Shown here: in pieces, positions 1 to 9,172 of the stretch
How positions within the stretch are numbered: the first letter of the stretch is position 1
How the letters are laid out: each line of letters starts with the position of its first letter
From: an uncultured Prevotella sp.
Lineage (GTDB): Bacteria; Bacteroidota; Bacteroidia; Bacteroidales; Bacteroidaceae
Direction of reading: 5' to 3'
DNA: 64,000 nucleotides
NCBI GenBank assembly: GCA_946541195.1
Contig: CAMNJE010000115.1
Coordinates: 2,392-66,391 of the forward strand
Notes under the pieces: model-generated
What the model was told of the DNA's origin: nothing
Databases searched by the model: none
What the model saw: only the letters and a program-made list of their open reading frames with translations
Made by a program: the position numbers and the translations under genes

Positions 1-1110
1 CTCCTTGTAGTCGCAGTAGGAGATGAGGGGTGCGCACTCTGTAGTGCCATAGCCCACGGTCAGTGGGAAATTGATGGATAACAGGAATTCCTCAACCTCC
101 TTTGACAGTGCGGCACCACCCACGATGACCTCGTAAGCCTGTCCACCGAAGGCGTTATACACTTCCTGGTAGATGCGCTCCTTCACCTTCTTCGATACCA
201 CGGGCATCGCCAGCAGCAGGCGGATGCGGTTGTCTTGTATCTTTGGGAATACTTTCTTGCGGATGATCTTCTCGATGATCAGGGGCACCGTCACGATCAG
301 TGTAGGCCTGATGTCAGCAAATGCCTGCGCGATGATGGCTGGAGACGGCAGGCGGGTGAGGAAGAAAAGGTGGCAGCCATGGCAGAAGCCAAAAAGGAAC
401 TCTACAGCCATGCCGTACATGTGGGCCATGGGGAGGATGCTTAGCAGATTGTCTCCTGCCCTTACCTGCCTGCCGAGGCGATTGATGATAAACTCGACGT
501 TACCCCACAGGGAACGGTAGGGCAGCATCACTCCCTTGGAGAAGCCTGTGGTGCCACTGGTATAGTTGATCAGTGCCAGTTCGTCGGCCTCGTCATGATA
601 ATAGTTGACATGCTCCTGGCGGAAGGCTCTTGGGAACTTACTGCCAAATAGCATGTTTAAATGTTCGCGTGCGTAGGTGACCTTCTCCGAGCGTGAGATA
701 AGGAGGGAGAAGTCGGGCAAGTTGATGATGGCCTCCAGTCCCGGCATCTTTTCCGGGTCAATGGTCTTCACGGCATAGTCGCCGATGAACAACAGTTTGG
801 CTCCCGAGTGGTTGACGATGTTCTGAATCTGCTCACCGTTGAACTCATGGAGGATAGGCACCGCAACGGCTCCGTAGGTCAGTGTGGCGAGATAGGCCAC
901 CGCCCAGTGGGCAGAATTACGGCCGCAGATGGCGATCTTGTCGCCACATCTCACTCCGCTATTCTCAAATAGGATATGTATCTTCTCTATCTTGCGGGCT
1001 ACGTCATGGAACTGTAGGGTGATGCCCTGATAGTCGGTCAGAGCATCCTGATCCCAGTTCTCAATGATGGCCCTCTGAATATACGCATTGAAACTGCTGA
1101 ATGTTTCCAT
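1..1110 (-). CDS. Long-chain fatty acid--CoA ligase (AMP-binding family), 3' end runs off the window
   Basis: Not in the ORF track; hand translation from ATG at 1110 gives METFSSFNAYIQRAIIENWDQDALTDYQG...GDKIAICGRNSAHW... and the AMP-binding P-loop INYTSGTTGFSKGVMLP. Confidence 0.9.
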   Translation of the reverse strand, partial: METFSSFNAYIQRAIIENWDQDALTDYQGITLQFHDVARKIEKIHILFENSGVRCGDKIAICGRNSAHWAVAYLATLTYGAVAVPILHEFNGEQIQNIVNHSGAKLLFIGDYAVKTIDPEKMPGLEAIINLPDFSLLISRSEKVTYAREHLNMLFGSKFPRAFRQEHVNYYHDEADELALINYTSGTTGFSKGVMLPYRSLWGNVEFIINRLGRQVRAGDNLLSILPMAHMYGMAVEFLFGFCHGCHLFFLTRLPSPAIIAQAFADIRPTLIVTVPLIIEKIIRKKVFPKIQDNRIRLLLAMPVVSKKVKERIYQEVYNAFGGQAYEVIVGGAALSKEVEEFLLSINFPLTVGYGTTECAPLISYCDYKE

Positions 1111-1139
1111 TGAAACTGCACAATTTTTAAAATTTTGTG

Positions 1140-1170
1140 CAAAGATAAATCATTTCCTGCACATTTCAAA
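1140..1170 (-). promoter_or_regulatory. Bacteroidota sigma-A promoter for the acyl-CoA ligase
   Basis: Minus strand TTTG (1170-1167), 19-nt spacer, TATCTTTG (1147-1140), matching the -33 TTTG / -7 TAnnTTTG consensus; 29 nt upstream of the ATG. Confidence 0.75.
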
Positions 1171-1198
1171 AAAAAATGTGCAGTTTTTTTGCTGCACA
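1168..1198 (-). terminator. Intrinsic terminator of the aminotransferase-lolE operon
   Basis: Minus strand TGTGCAG-caaaaaaa-CTGCACA (7-bp stem) followed by 9 T, about 40 nt after the stop at 1238. Confidence 0.7.
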
Positions 1199-1237
1199 GT
1201 TAAAAAGTATGAGATTAGGCGAAAAAAGGAACACATT

Positions 1238-2485
1238 TTATTCGTATCTCATAGACTTGGCAGGATGAATATGGGAAATGAGGTAACTGGGCGCGATGAG
1301 TACGAAGATGCATATTAGGAGGGTTGCGGCATCAAGCAGGAGGATCAGCGGCAAGTTCAGTTCCATGGGCGCCTCACTGACGTAGTAGGTCTGTGGATCC
1401 AGGGCAATGATGCCTGTGTATTGCTGTAATATGACCAGGCCGATGCCAATGATATTGCCCCAGAGCATGCCTTGTCCGATGATGAATACGGAGAACCATA
1501 GGAAGGTGTGGCGTATTGTCTGGTTGCGTGCCCCGAGTGCTTTCAGGATGCCGATCATCTGTGTCCTCTCAAGGATAATGATGAGCAGTCCGCTGATCAT
1601 CGTGAATCCTGCCACGCATACCATCAGGGCGAGGATGATCCAGACGTTGATGTCGAGCAGGCCCAGCCACATGAACACCTGAGGGTATAACTCATAGATG
1701 GTCTGTGAGGTCAGGACGTTGCCCTGGTCATCAGAACTGTGGTTGACATTATTGATGAACTCTGCTTCCGTCTGTGTCATGCGTTCCAGTTGGCTGACGG
1801 TTACGGCAATGCCCGTACAGTTTTCCGCTTTCCATCCATTCAGCCGATTCACGGCATAGAGGTCAGTTAGGCACAGACTTTCGTCGAATCGTGTCATGTT
1901 TGTCTGGTAGATGCCACAGATGGTGAACTTCCTCGTCTTCACGTCATCCTCGTCAATAAAGTAGGCGAACACCCTGTCGCCAACTTTGAGTTGTAGTTTG
2001 TCGGCGATCATCTTTGACATGAGCAGTTGGTAATGACTGGTGGAGTCGCTGAATTGTGGTATTTCTCCCTCCGTCAAGTTCTCCTTCAGGAAGGTGGCAT
2101 CGAATTCTGGTCCCACGCCTTTAAAGGCGACACCCAGGAAATCGTTGTCTGTCTTCAGCAGCCCCTGAGTGATGGAATAGCGTTCGATGTGCTTTACGCC
2201 CTTAATCTGTGCGATGGCATCCATCAGGCTGTCATTGGCGCAGATGGTATAGGGATCGGCCTCGTTGTAGTGCATGACGCTATGCACCTGGATATGTCCG
2301 CCAAAGCCCATCACCTTGTCACGGATGGTATGCTTGAATCCAAGGACGACACTGACGGTGACGATCATCACGATCAGCCCTATAGTGACACCAAGCATGG
2401 CGATGCGGATGGCAGGGCGACTGACCATGCGCTTGTCGCCCTTGTCACTATAGATCCTTCTGGCTATGAATAAGGGAAAATTCAT
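1238..2485 (-). CDS. ABC transporter permease, LolC/LolE (FtsX/MacB-like) family
   Basis: 415 aa; MNFPLFIARR start, N-terminal TM, large periplasmic domain, ILERTQMIGILKALGA motif, three C-terminal TMs, ends PAKSMRYE. Confidence 0.88.
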   Translation of the reverse strand: MNFPLFIARRIYSDKGDKRMVSRPAIRIAMLGVTIGLIVMIVTVSVVLGFKHTIRDKVMGFGGHIQVHSVMHYNEADPYTICANDSLMDAIAQIKGVKHIERYSITQGLLKTDNDFLGVAFKGVGPEFDATFLKENLTEGEIPQFSDSTSHYQLLMSKMIADKLQLKVGDRVFAYFIDEDDVKTRKFTICGIYQTNMTRFDESLCLTDLYAVNRLNGWKAENCTGIAVTVSQLERMTQTEAEFINNVNHSSDDQGNVLTSQTIYELYPQVFMWLGLLDINVWIILALMVCVAGFTMISGLLIIILERTQMIGILKALGARNQTIRHTFLWFSVFIIGQGMLWGNIIGIGLVILQQYTGIIALDPQTYYVSEAPMELNLPLILLLDAATLLICIFVLIAPSYLISHIHPAKSMRYE

Positions 2486-3684
2486 TCATCCACTCTCCCT
2501 GGGTAGGCTTCGAGGGCTTTGCGCAAGACGACGAGAGCCCTTTCAAGGTCCTCTTTCTTCAGCACGTAGGCGATACGTACCTGGTTGACCCCCGCACCAG
2601 GCGTGGTATAGAAGCCCGCAGCGGGTGCCATCATGACTGTCTCGCCTTCGTAGTTGAAGTCGGAGAGGCACCAGCGGCAGAATTCCTCCGCATCATCAAC
2701 AGGCAACTTCGCTACGGTGTAGAAGGCTCCCATAGGAATCGGGGAATAGACGCCAGGAATGCGGTTCAGTCCATCAATCAGGCATTTGCGTCGCTCCACA
2801 TACTCATCATATACGTCTCTGTAATAATCCTCCGGGGCATCGAGGGAGGCCTCAGCCACGATCTGACCGATCAGGGGAGGGGAGAGACGGGCCTGGCAGA
2901 ACTTCATCACGGCTTTCCTTACCTCCACGTTCTTCGTGATCAGCGCGCCAATACGGATACCGCACTCGGAATAGCGCTTGGAAACGGAGTCGATGAGGAT
3001 CACGTTCTGTTCGATGCCCTCCAGATGACAGGCAGATATATAGGGCGAGCCTGTGTAGATATATTCGCGATAGACTTCATCGGAGAAGAGATACAGGTCG
3101 TATTTCTTCACCAAGTCGCGAATCTGGTTCATCTCGCGGCGCGTATAGAGATAGCCTGTCGGGTTGTTGGGGTTGCAGATCATAATGGCGCGGGTGCGCT
3201 CGTTGATGAGTTCCTCGAACTTCTCAACCTTTGGCAGTGAGAAACCTTCGTCGATGGTGGTGGCTATCGTACGGATCTTGGCTCCTGCGGAAATGGCAAA
3301 GGCCATGTAGTTGGCGTAGGCGGGCTCTGGCACGATAATCTCATCGCCAGGATTCAGGCAGGATAGGAATGCGAAGAGCACGGCCTCGCTACCGCCTGAG
3401 GTGATGATGATATCATCAGCCGTGACATTGATATTGTATTTGGCATAATAGTCAACCAGTTTCTCGCGATAACTCAGATAGCCTTGCGACGGGGAGTATT
3501 CCAGTATCTCACGGTCTATCTGCTTCAAGGCATCAAGGCCAACCTGTGGTGTCGGCAGGTCGGGCTGTCCAATATTCAGGTGATATACTTTGGTTCCTCT
3601 TTTTTTGGCGGCTGCTGCCAACGGGGCCAGTTTCCGGATAGGAGACTCAGGCATTTCCAGGCCGCGTACTGATATTTCTGGCAT
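2482..3684 (-). CDS. PLP-dependent aminotransferase, class I/II (aspartate aminotransferase family)
   Basis: 400 aa; LNIGQPD, NPNNPTG, SDEVY, SVSKRYSECGIRIG (PLP lysine); ATGA overlap with the permease. Confidence 0.92.
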   Translation of the reverse strand: MPEISVRGLEMPESPIRKLAPLAAAAKKRGTKVYHLNIGQPDLPTPQVGLDALKQIDREILEYSPSQGYLSYREKLVDYYAKYNINVTADDIIITSGGSEAVLFAFLSCLNPGDEIIVPEPAYANYMAFAISAGAKIRTIATTIDEGFSLPKVEKFEELINERTRAIMICNPNNPTGYLYTRREMNQIRDLVKKYDLYLFSDEVYREYIYTGSPYISACHLEGIEQNVILIDSVSKRYSECGIRIGALITKNVEVRKAVMKFCQARLSPPLIGQIVAEASLDAPEDYYRDVYDEYVERRKCLIDGLNRIPGVYSPIPMGAFYTVAKLPVDDAEEFCRWCLSDFNYEGETVMMAPAAGFYTTPGAGVNQVRIAYVLKKEDLERALVVLRKALEAYPGRVDE

Positions 3685-3715
3685 CTTAATGGGTCTTTTA
3701 TATTAAAAATCGGTG

Positions 3716-3723
3716 CAAAGGTA
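3716..3723 (-). promoter_or_regulatory. -7 promoter box for the aminotransferase operon
   Basis: Minus strand TACCTTTG, 31 nt upstream of the ATG at 3684; no clear -33 TTTG at canonical spacing. Confidence 0.55.
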
Positions 3724-3763
3724 ACACAAATTATCGTAAATCTGTGCAATCTCCGCTCAAAAA

Positions 3764-3795
3764 TTTGCTTTTCTCAGAATTTATGCTTACTTTTG
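3764..3795 (+). promoter_or_regulatory. Sigma-A promoter for the kinase-like/DUF4494/yggS operon
   Basis: TTTG 3764-3767, 20-nt spacer, TACTTTTG 3788-3795; implies the track's TTG start at 3793 is not the real start. Confidence 0.75.
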
Positions 3796-3828
3796 CCCGA
3801 CAATATCAATCAAAAGAGTATAATAGCG

Positions 3829-5163
3829 ATGAATTTTGAGGAAATGATTGAGACTCGTGAAGCCCGTAAGACGACGAAGGTGCGCCTGCCGTATGGTTAT
3901 TTCTACAAAAGGCAGATCGAGGGTAAGTTTTCAAACTTCGTGGAGTTCCACGATGAACTGGCTGACAATATCCTGTTTTCTCAATGTGTGAAGTCAGAGT
4001 ATGAGGCCTTGGGCAAGATAGACCAGAGGGCTCAACTCCATTTCGCACCCAATGAGGGGGATGACGGTATCTATGCAATAGCCGTTGAGGTGGGCAACTA
4101 TATCACCGTGGAACAGTTGCTTAATGACGATCCCTCCATCGTTGCCAGAGGAGAGTTTGTCAAACAGACCCTCAGGGAACTGATGGAGTTTACAAGTTAT
4201 CTGAATGACCAGGGTATTTACCACGTCTGTTTTGCGCCATCCAACGTTCTGCTCCGCAAGAACGACCAGGCAGTGAGATTGCTTAATCATGGCTCTTTCT
4301 ATCAGAAAGTGGATCAGGATGTGCTTTATGAGGGTGTCGAGGAGTATGTGGCTCCCGAGGTGTTCAAGGGAGGTCCTATCGACAGTCGTACGGATGTCTA
4401 TTCCCTGGGTAAGTTTATTGCCTATCTCTATGACTCGTCGGGACTTCCCATAGAGTTGAAGAAAGTCGTGGAGAAAGCAACATCCCAAGATCCTGATAAG
4501 CGTTTTGACTCCGTGGAGTCGATGCAAAAGACGATCAATAACCTGACGAATGCCCGTCGTACAGGTCTGATGGCAGTGGGAGCCATTGCCATTGCAGCAG
4601 CCATCGTCGGACTTTTCTTCTACCTGCTTCCCAGTCCGGAGGTTATCGAGTATGTCAAGCCAGTGGAAGAGCCCGTTCCCGACGAGATGTTGGATGAGGA
4701 TATGGATGCGCTGCTGGGCATCGGTGCTGATGCAGATTCCGCTACTATCGCTCATATTGTAGAGTTGCAAAAGCACAAGCGCGACTCTATGGGAGTGAGT
4801 CCTGCGAAGATGCGGGAGTATAACGCCAAGGCGGAGGCCATCTTCAGGAAGCAGTTCTCGAAGGCAGCAGATGCCATCATTTCAGATGTCTATAATGACA
4901 ATGCCATGAACAGTTCTGAGCAGAATTTCAATGCCAAGAGTAAGATTATGACGGAAAAACTGGGTAAGTTGCAACAGGATCTGCTCAAGACAACAACGCT
5001 CAGTCAGGATCGTGCCTCTGGTATTGCCTCACAGATAATAGAACAGTTGACGGAAAAGAAGAAAGCATCGATGGAGAAGGATTACTACGGCGTCAAGAAA
5101 CAGAAAGACGAGCAGGAATCTGAGGCGAAGAAGGCTGCCGAGCAAGCGCAGAAAAACAAATAA
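3829..5163 (+). CDS. Membrane-anchored Hanks-type kinase-fold protein, probably a pseudokinase
   Basis: ATG 3829 (MNFEEMIETR). C-lobe motifs YVAPEV and DSRTDVYSLG are present; HRD and DFG are replaced by HVC and NHG; one TM (GLMAVGAIAIAAAIVGLFFYLL) precedes a helical, charged C-terminal domain. Confidence 0.75.
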   Translation: MNFEEMIETREARKTTKVRLPYGYFYKRQIEGKFSNFVEFHDELADNILFSQCVKSEYEALGKIDQRAQLHFAPNEGDDGIYAIAVEVGNYITVEQLLNDDPSIVARGEFVKQTLRELMEFTSYLNDQGIYHVCFAPSNVLLRKNDQAVRLLNHGSFYQKVDQDVLYEGVEEYVAPEVFKGGPIDSRTDVYSLGKFIAYLYDSSGLPIELKKVVEKATSQDPDKRFDSVESMQKTINNLTNARRTGLMAVGAIAIAAAIVGLFFYLLPSPEVIEYVKPVEEPVPDEMLDEDMDALLGIGADADSATIAHIVELQKHKRDSMGVSPAKMREYNAKAEAIFRKQFSKAADAIISDVYNDNAMNSSEQNFNAKSKIMTEKLGKLQQDLLKTTTLSQDRASGIASQIIEQLTEKKKASMEKDYYGVKKQKDEQESEAKKAAEQAQKNK

Positions 5164-5183
5164 CAATCAGAATAAGAACAGAC

Positions 5184-5663
5184 ATGAGAAGCAGAACAGC
5201 AATTTGGTTCGAGTGCAAGATCCGCTATGAGAAAGTGATGGAGGACGGCTTGCAGAAGAAAGTGACAGAGAGTTATGTGGTAGATGCCCTTAGTTTCAGT
5301 GAAGCCGAAGAGCGTATCATAGAGGAAATGTCATCATATATCAGTGGTGAATTTGATGTGGCCGATATCAAGAAGGCAGCGTATAAGGAGATATTCTTCT
5401 CCGACGACGAAATGGCTGACAAGTGGTATAAAGCCAAACTCCAGTTTATCACCATCGATGAAAAGACGGAGAAGGAAAAGAAATCGTCAGTCAACTATCT
5501 TGTTCAGGCAGGCTCCTTCAATGGGGCGGTGAAGAACATCGACGAGGTGATGGGAGGTACGATGATTGACTATGTCATTGCCTCTGTGGCAGAGACCACG
5601 TTGATGGATGTCTTTGAGTATGCCAAGACGAAAAAAGACGACAAACCAGAATTTGAACAATAA
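5184..5663 (+). CDS. DUF4494 domain protein
   Basis: 159 aa; WFECKIRYEKVMEDGLQKKVTESYVVDALSFSEAEERIIEEM pattern recognised as this Bacteroidota family. Confidence 0.82.
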   Translation: MRSRTAIWFECKIRYEKVMEDGLQKKVTESYVVDALSFSEAEERIIEEMSSYISGEFDVADIKKAAYKEIFFSDDEMADKWYKAKLQFITIDEKTEKEKKSSVNYLVQAGSFNGAVKNIDEVMGGTMIDYVIASVAETTLMDVFEYAKTKKDDKPEFEQ

Positions 5664-5665
5664 CG

Positions 5666-6340
5666 ATGGACTACGACGTTAAGAGGCATCTTCACCAGAT
5701 ACTCGACAGTTTGCCACAGGGGGTCCGCCTTGTGGCAATTTCTAAGTATCACCCCAATGAATATATAGAGGCGGCCTACGAAGAAGGGCAACGTATCTTT
5801 GGCGAGAGCCATGAACAGGAACTCCGCCAGAAGCACGAGTCACTATCCAAGGATATCGAATGGCACTTCATTGGGCATCTTCAGACGAATAAGGTAAAGT
5901 ATATTGCTCCGTATGTATCTATGATCGAGGCAGTTGACTCCTTAAAACTCCTGAAAGAGATTAACCGACAGGCAGAGAAGTGCGGGAGAGTAATCAAGGT
6001 GCTCCTTGAATTACACATTGCCGAGGAATCCACGAAATACGGATTGACCCTCGATGCCTGTCGTGAACTGCTCGAAGGCGGGGAATGGCGCGAGATGAAG
6101 CATATCCATATCTGTGGATTGATGATGATGGCCTCGTTCGTGGATGACCAAGAGCAAATCCGTCATGAGATGCAGACAGCCCGCGATTTCTTCGACGAAG
6201 TCAAGATGAAATATTTTGCGGATGACGAATCCTTCCGTGAGCGTTCCTGGGGTATGAGTGACGACTATCCCATTGCCGTCGAGACAGGTTCTACAATGGT
6301 GCGTATAGGTACTTCTATTTTTGGTCCTCGCGTCTATTGA
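5666..6340 (+). CDS. yggS: YggS/PLPBP family pyridoxal phosphate homeostasis protein
   Basis: 224 aa; LVAISKYHP, FGES, WHFIGHLQTNKVK, SWGMSDDY, MVRIGTSIFG. Confidence 0.93.
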   Translation: MDYDVKRHLHQILDSLPQGVRLVAISKYHPNEYIEAAYEEGQRIFGESHEQELRQKHESLSKDIEWHFIGHLQTNKVKYIAPYVSMIEAVDSLKLLKEINRQAEKCGRVIKVLLELHIAEESTKYGLTLDACRELLEGGEWREMKHIHICGLMMMASFVDDQEQIRHEMQTARDFFDEVKMKYFADDESFRERSWGMSDDYPIAVETGSTMVRIGTSIFGPRVY

Positions 6341-7124
6341 AGTAATATTGTCCGCGCTTGCGCGTGATATTGCCATAGTTGATGGCATGGACAGGACAAT
6401 AATGGTAACAGGCCAGACAAGAGGTACACCGTCCGTTGTGCAACCATGAGGGCGGTGTACCTTTGATATTATCCACAGGGCAGACCTTGGCACACTTGCC
6501 ACACTTGATACAGACATCCTCATCCACCATGAATTTCTTGTCCGTAATCATCCGCTTGTTGAAATAGCCGCCGATCACGTATGAATAGAGGCGGGGAGTG
6601 GCTCCTTGTTCCAGTTCGGTGACACCTCGCCTGCGCTCCTTGATAAGTGTGGCGATGCGTGGTACCTGATGACTGGCTATATCAATCTTTCTGGCTTCTT
6701 TCTCTTCAGGGTCAGTCTTCATGAATGGCAGACAGACATACGACTCGGGCATGATCACGGAGAAAAGACTCTCAGCCTGGAGCGGTTTGGAATCGCTAAA
6801 ACCTGTCAGCGTTACCTTTTCCAGTTCTTTGTTCAGAATTGTCATCGCCTCGCCCATGTTATCTCCACAGGTAGTCAATGCCCAACAGTAGATAACCTTT
6901 CCACCTGAGATATGAAGTTTGCGGATAAACTCTCTCACAATCTTTGGCGGTTGCCAGCCATGCGTGGGAAAGCAGAAGCCAATCCGCTCGCCATCGCTCA
7001 GCGTAAAACTGTATTGTCCGTTTCTGATAAGGTCAGGGATATAGAGCAATTGCTCACCAATCTCCCTGGCTATCTGTTCTGCCACCCAACGGGTATTGCC
7101 TGTTCCTGAGAAATAGAATATCAT
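6315..7124 (-). CDS. EFR1-type flavodoxin-ferredoxin fusion (flavodoxin + 2x[4Fe-4S])
   Basis: 269 aa; YFSGTGNT flavodoxin P-loop; CIKCGKCAKVCP and CTSCLACYHYCP. Confidence 0.88.
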   Translation of the reverse strand: MIFYFSGTGNTRWVAEQIAREIGEQLLYIPDLIRNGQYSFTLSDGERIGFCFPTHGWQPPKIVREFIRKLHISGGKVIYCWALTTCGDNMGEAMTILNKELEKVTLTGFSDSKPLQAESLFSVIMPESYVCLPFMKTDPEEKEARKIDIASHQVPRIATLIKERRRGVTELEQGATPRLYSYVIGGYFNKRMITDKKFMVDEDVCIKCGKCAKVCPVDNIKGTPPSWLHNGRCTSCLACYHYCPVHAINYGNITRKRGQYYFNRREDQK

Positions 7125-8590
7125 ATTGTCTTCTGTAGGTATAGTGAATTGGTGATGACTGATGGTAGTTCCTCCTGATAGTGTGTCACAAAGATGAGCG
7201 TCTTGCCTGTTCTCTGGCAGAACGCCTCGATAACATCGTTTACCAGGCGACGGTTCGTGTTGTCGAGGCCATGGAGGGGTTCGTCGAGTATCAGCAGGTC
7301 AGGGTCTTTCACAAAGGCCCTTGCCAGCAGCACCAGCCTCTGTTCTCCACTTGACATTTTCAGGAAGGTCCTGTCAGATAAGTGGCCGATGCCGAAGATG
7401 TCCATCCACCAGCGACAAACCTCGTATTCCGACTCCTTAGGCTTCACATATAGGCCCACGGAGTCCTGCAGTCCGCTGGCGACGATCCGGATGGCAGGGA
7501 TGTCCTGCCGGTAACTGCGATGCATCTCCGGTGACACATAGCCTATGTGGCGCTTAATGTCCCATATACTCTCGCCAGAGCCCCGTTTATGTCCAAAGAG
7601 TGATATGTCGTTGGCATAGGCTTGAGGATTATCCGCACAGACGAGTGAAAGGAGGGTGGATTTTCCGCTACCGTTCTGCCCTGAGAGTGACCATCGTTCA
7701 CCTCGTCTCACCGTCCAGTCGAGATCTTTAAGAATTGTGCGCGCGCCATAGCGGATACACACCTTATTGAAACGGATGACCTCCGAGGACGTGTTGATAG
7801 TATGACTTGGGATGGGCAGCGAAAGAATCGCCTGGCGTTTTGATGCCGGGAGAACATGTTCTGGGAAGGACTCGCGTTGTTTCAGATAGTCATCCAGCGC
7901 TATCTTGGGAAGGACGTGCATGTCTTTCACCTCTACTACATGGGTTATGAAGTGTGGGATATCATCCGATTTCGACAACACCAGGATTATCTGTAGGTGC
8001 TGCTCTTTAGAAAGGGATGTGAGAAGCACTTTCAGTTGGTCGCGTGTGGTGGCATCAAGTCCGATGAATGGGTTCTCCATGATAAGTACACGCGGATTGC
8101 AGAAGAGCGACGAAGCGAGTTTGAACTTACGCAGTTCGCCACTCGACAGCAAGATGATGTATTTGTCGAGCAACGGCTCCAGTTGGAAGAGTTCGTAGAT
8201 ATGCCGTCTGAGTGCCTGACGTGCAGGAGTATCTTCGCCAGCCAACTGGTATGCCTCATCTAACTTACTGCCAACGGTGGGAGTCTCCTCGTCGATTTCC
8301 ATCTGGTTCCAGCGCTGCTGGAGGAAATAAGTGCGGTCGTTGTCGCCGCCGTATGTATCGCGGAAAGTGATGTGGCGTATGTTGTTATAAGGTTCATCGA
8401 AACTGTATCTGACCATGTTAGGAAAAGCAGGATGTTTCCCAGTGATCATATCAACGAACATGGACTTTCCGGCACCGTTCCTGCCGATAATAGCGATATG
8501 TTCGCCTTCATCGAGCACGAAATCCACAGGTTCGCTCATCGACCATTCAGGCTTTTTAGCCTTCGCTCGTTGCAGTTCAATCGTCTTCAT
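7121..8590 (-). CDS. ModF-like ABC ATP-binding protein with two nucleotide-binding domains
   Basis: Likely start ATG 8590 (MKTIELQ); Walker A GRNGAGKS and GQNGSGKS, signatures LSSGELRK and MSSGEQR, second Walker B LLILDEP. Confidence 0.85.
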   Translation of the reverse strand: MKTIELQRAKAKKPEWSMSEPVDFVLDEGEHIAIIGRNGAGKSMFVDMITGKHPAFPNMVRYSFDEPYNNIRHITFRDTYGGDNDRTYFLQQRWNQMEIDEETPTVGSKLDEAYQLAGEDTPARQALRRHIYELFQLEPLLDKYIILLSSGELRKFKLASSLFCNPRVLIMENPFIGLDATTRDQLKVLLTSLSKEQHLQIILVLSKSDDIPHFITHVVEVKDMHVLPKIALDDYLKQRESFPEHVLPASKRQAILSLPIPSHTINTSSEVIRFNKVCIRYGARTILKDLDWTVRRGERWSLSGQNGSGKSTLLSLVCADNPQAYANDISLFGHKRGSGESIWDIKRHIGYVSPEMHRSYRQDIPAIRIVASGLQDSVGLYVKPKESEYEVCRWWMDIFGIGHLSDRTFLKMSSGEQRLVLLARAFVKDPDLLILDEPLHGLDNTNRRLVNDVIEAFCQRTGKTLIFVTHYQEELPSVITNSLYLQKTI

Positions 8591-9155
8591 CTTTCTTCTT
8601 GCGTTTGGATATTTTGTCTTGGTTCTTGTTGACGAAGTCTTTCCAGCCGCGATACTTGACTTCACTTTCAGGACGTCCCATCTGTAGATAGTGACAGTAG
8701 GCCGCAGCAAGAGCATCAGTTGCATCCATAAACCTACCCATCTCCTCATCAGGAATCTTCAACAAGCGCTGTAGCATGCCTGCTACCTGCTCCTTTGATG
8801 CTGCTCCGTTTCCCGTCAGTGCCATCTTGATCTTCATGGGGGCGTATTCATGAATGGGCACACCATGATGGATGGCTGCCGCAATAGCAGTTCCTTGTGC
8901 CCGTCCTAACTTTAGCATCGATTGAACGTTTTTGCCGAAGAAAGGAGCCTCGATGGCCATTTCGTCAGGCAGGTATCCGTCGATGATACTTGTTACGCGC
9001 TCAAAGATATGGCCGAGTTTCAGATAGGCATCAGGAAACTTGCGCAGGTCAATGACACCCATAGTTATCATCTGTGCCTTTCCGTCAGCGACTTTCAACA
9101 GGCCGTAGCCCATCAGGTTTGTGCCAGGGTCAATGCCCAGTATGATCTTCTCCAT
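8577..9155 (-). CDS. ruvC: Crossover junction endodeoxyribonuclease RuvC
   Basis: 192 aa; [33 protein letters not shown]. Confidence 0.95.
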   Translation of the reverse strand: MEKIILGIDPGTNLMGYGLLKVADGKAQMITMGVIDLRKFPDAYLKLGHIFERVTSIIDGYLPDEMAIEAPFFGKNVQSMLKLGRAQGTAIAAAIHHGVPIHEYAPMKIKMALTGNGAASKEQVAGMLQRLLKIPDEEMGRFMDATDALAAAYCHYLQMGRPESEVKYRGWKDFVNKNQDKISKRKKKDEDD

Positions 9156-9172
9156 CTCGGGTGCAAAGTTTT

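Noticed and set aside
6469-6477. Perfect DnaA box TTATCCACA
   Set aside because: Single copy inside a CDS with no cluster or AT-rich unwinding element; expected by chance in 64 kb.
7121-8590. Degenerate Walker B (LIMENP) in the first nucleotide-binding domain of the ModF-like ATPase
   Set aside because: An asymmetric first domain is, as I recall, usual for this family, so it is not treated as novel.
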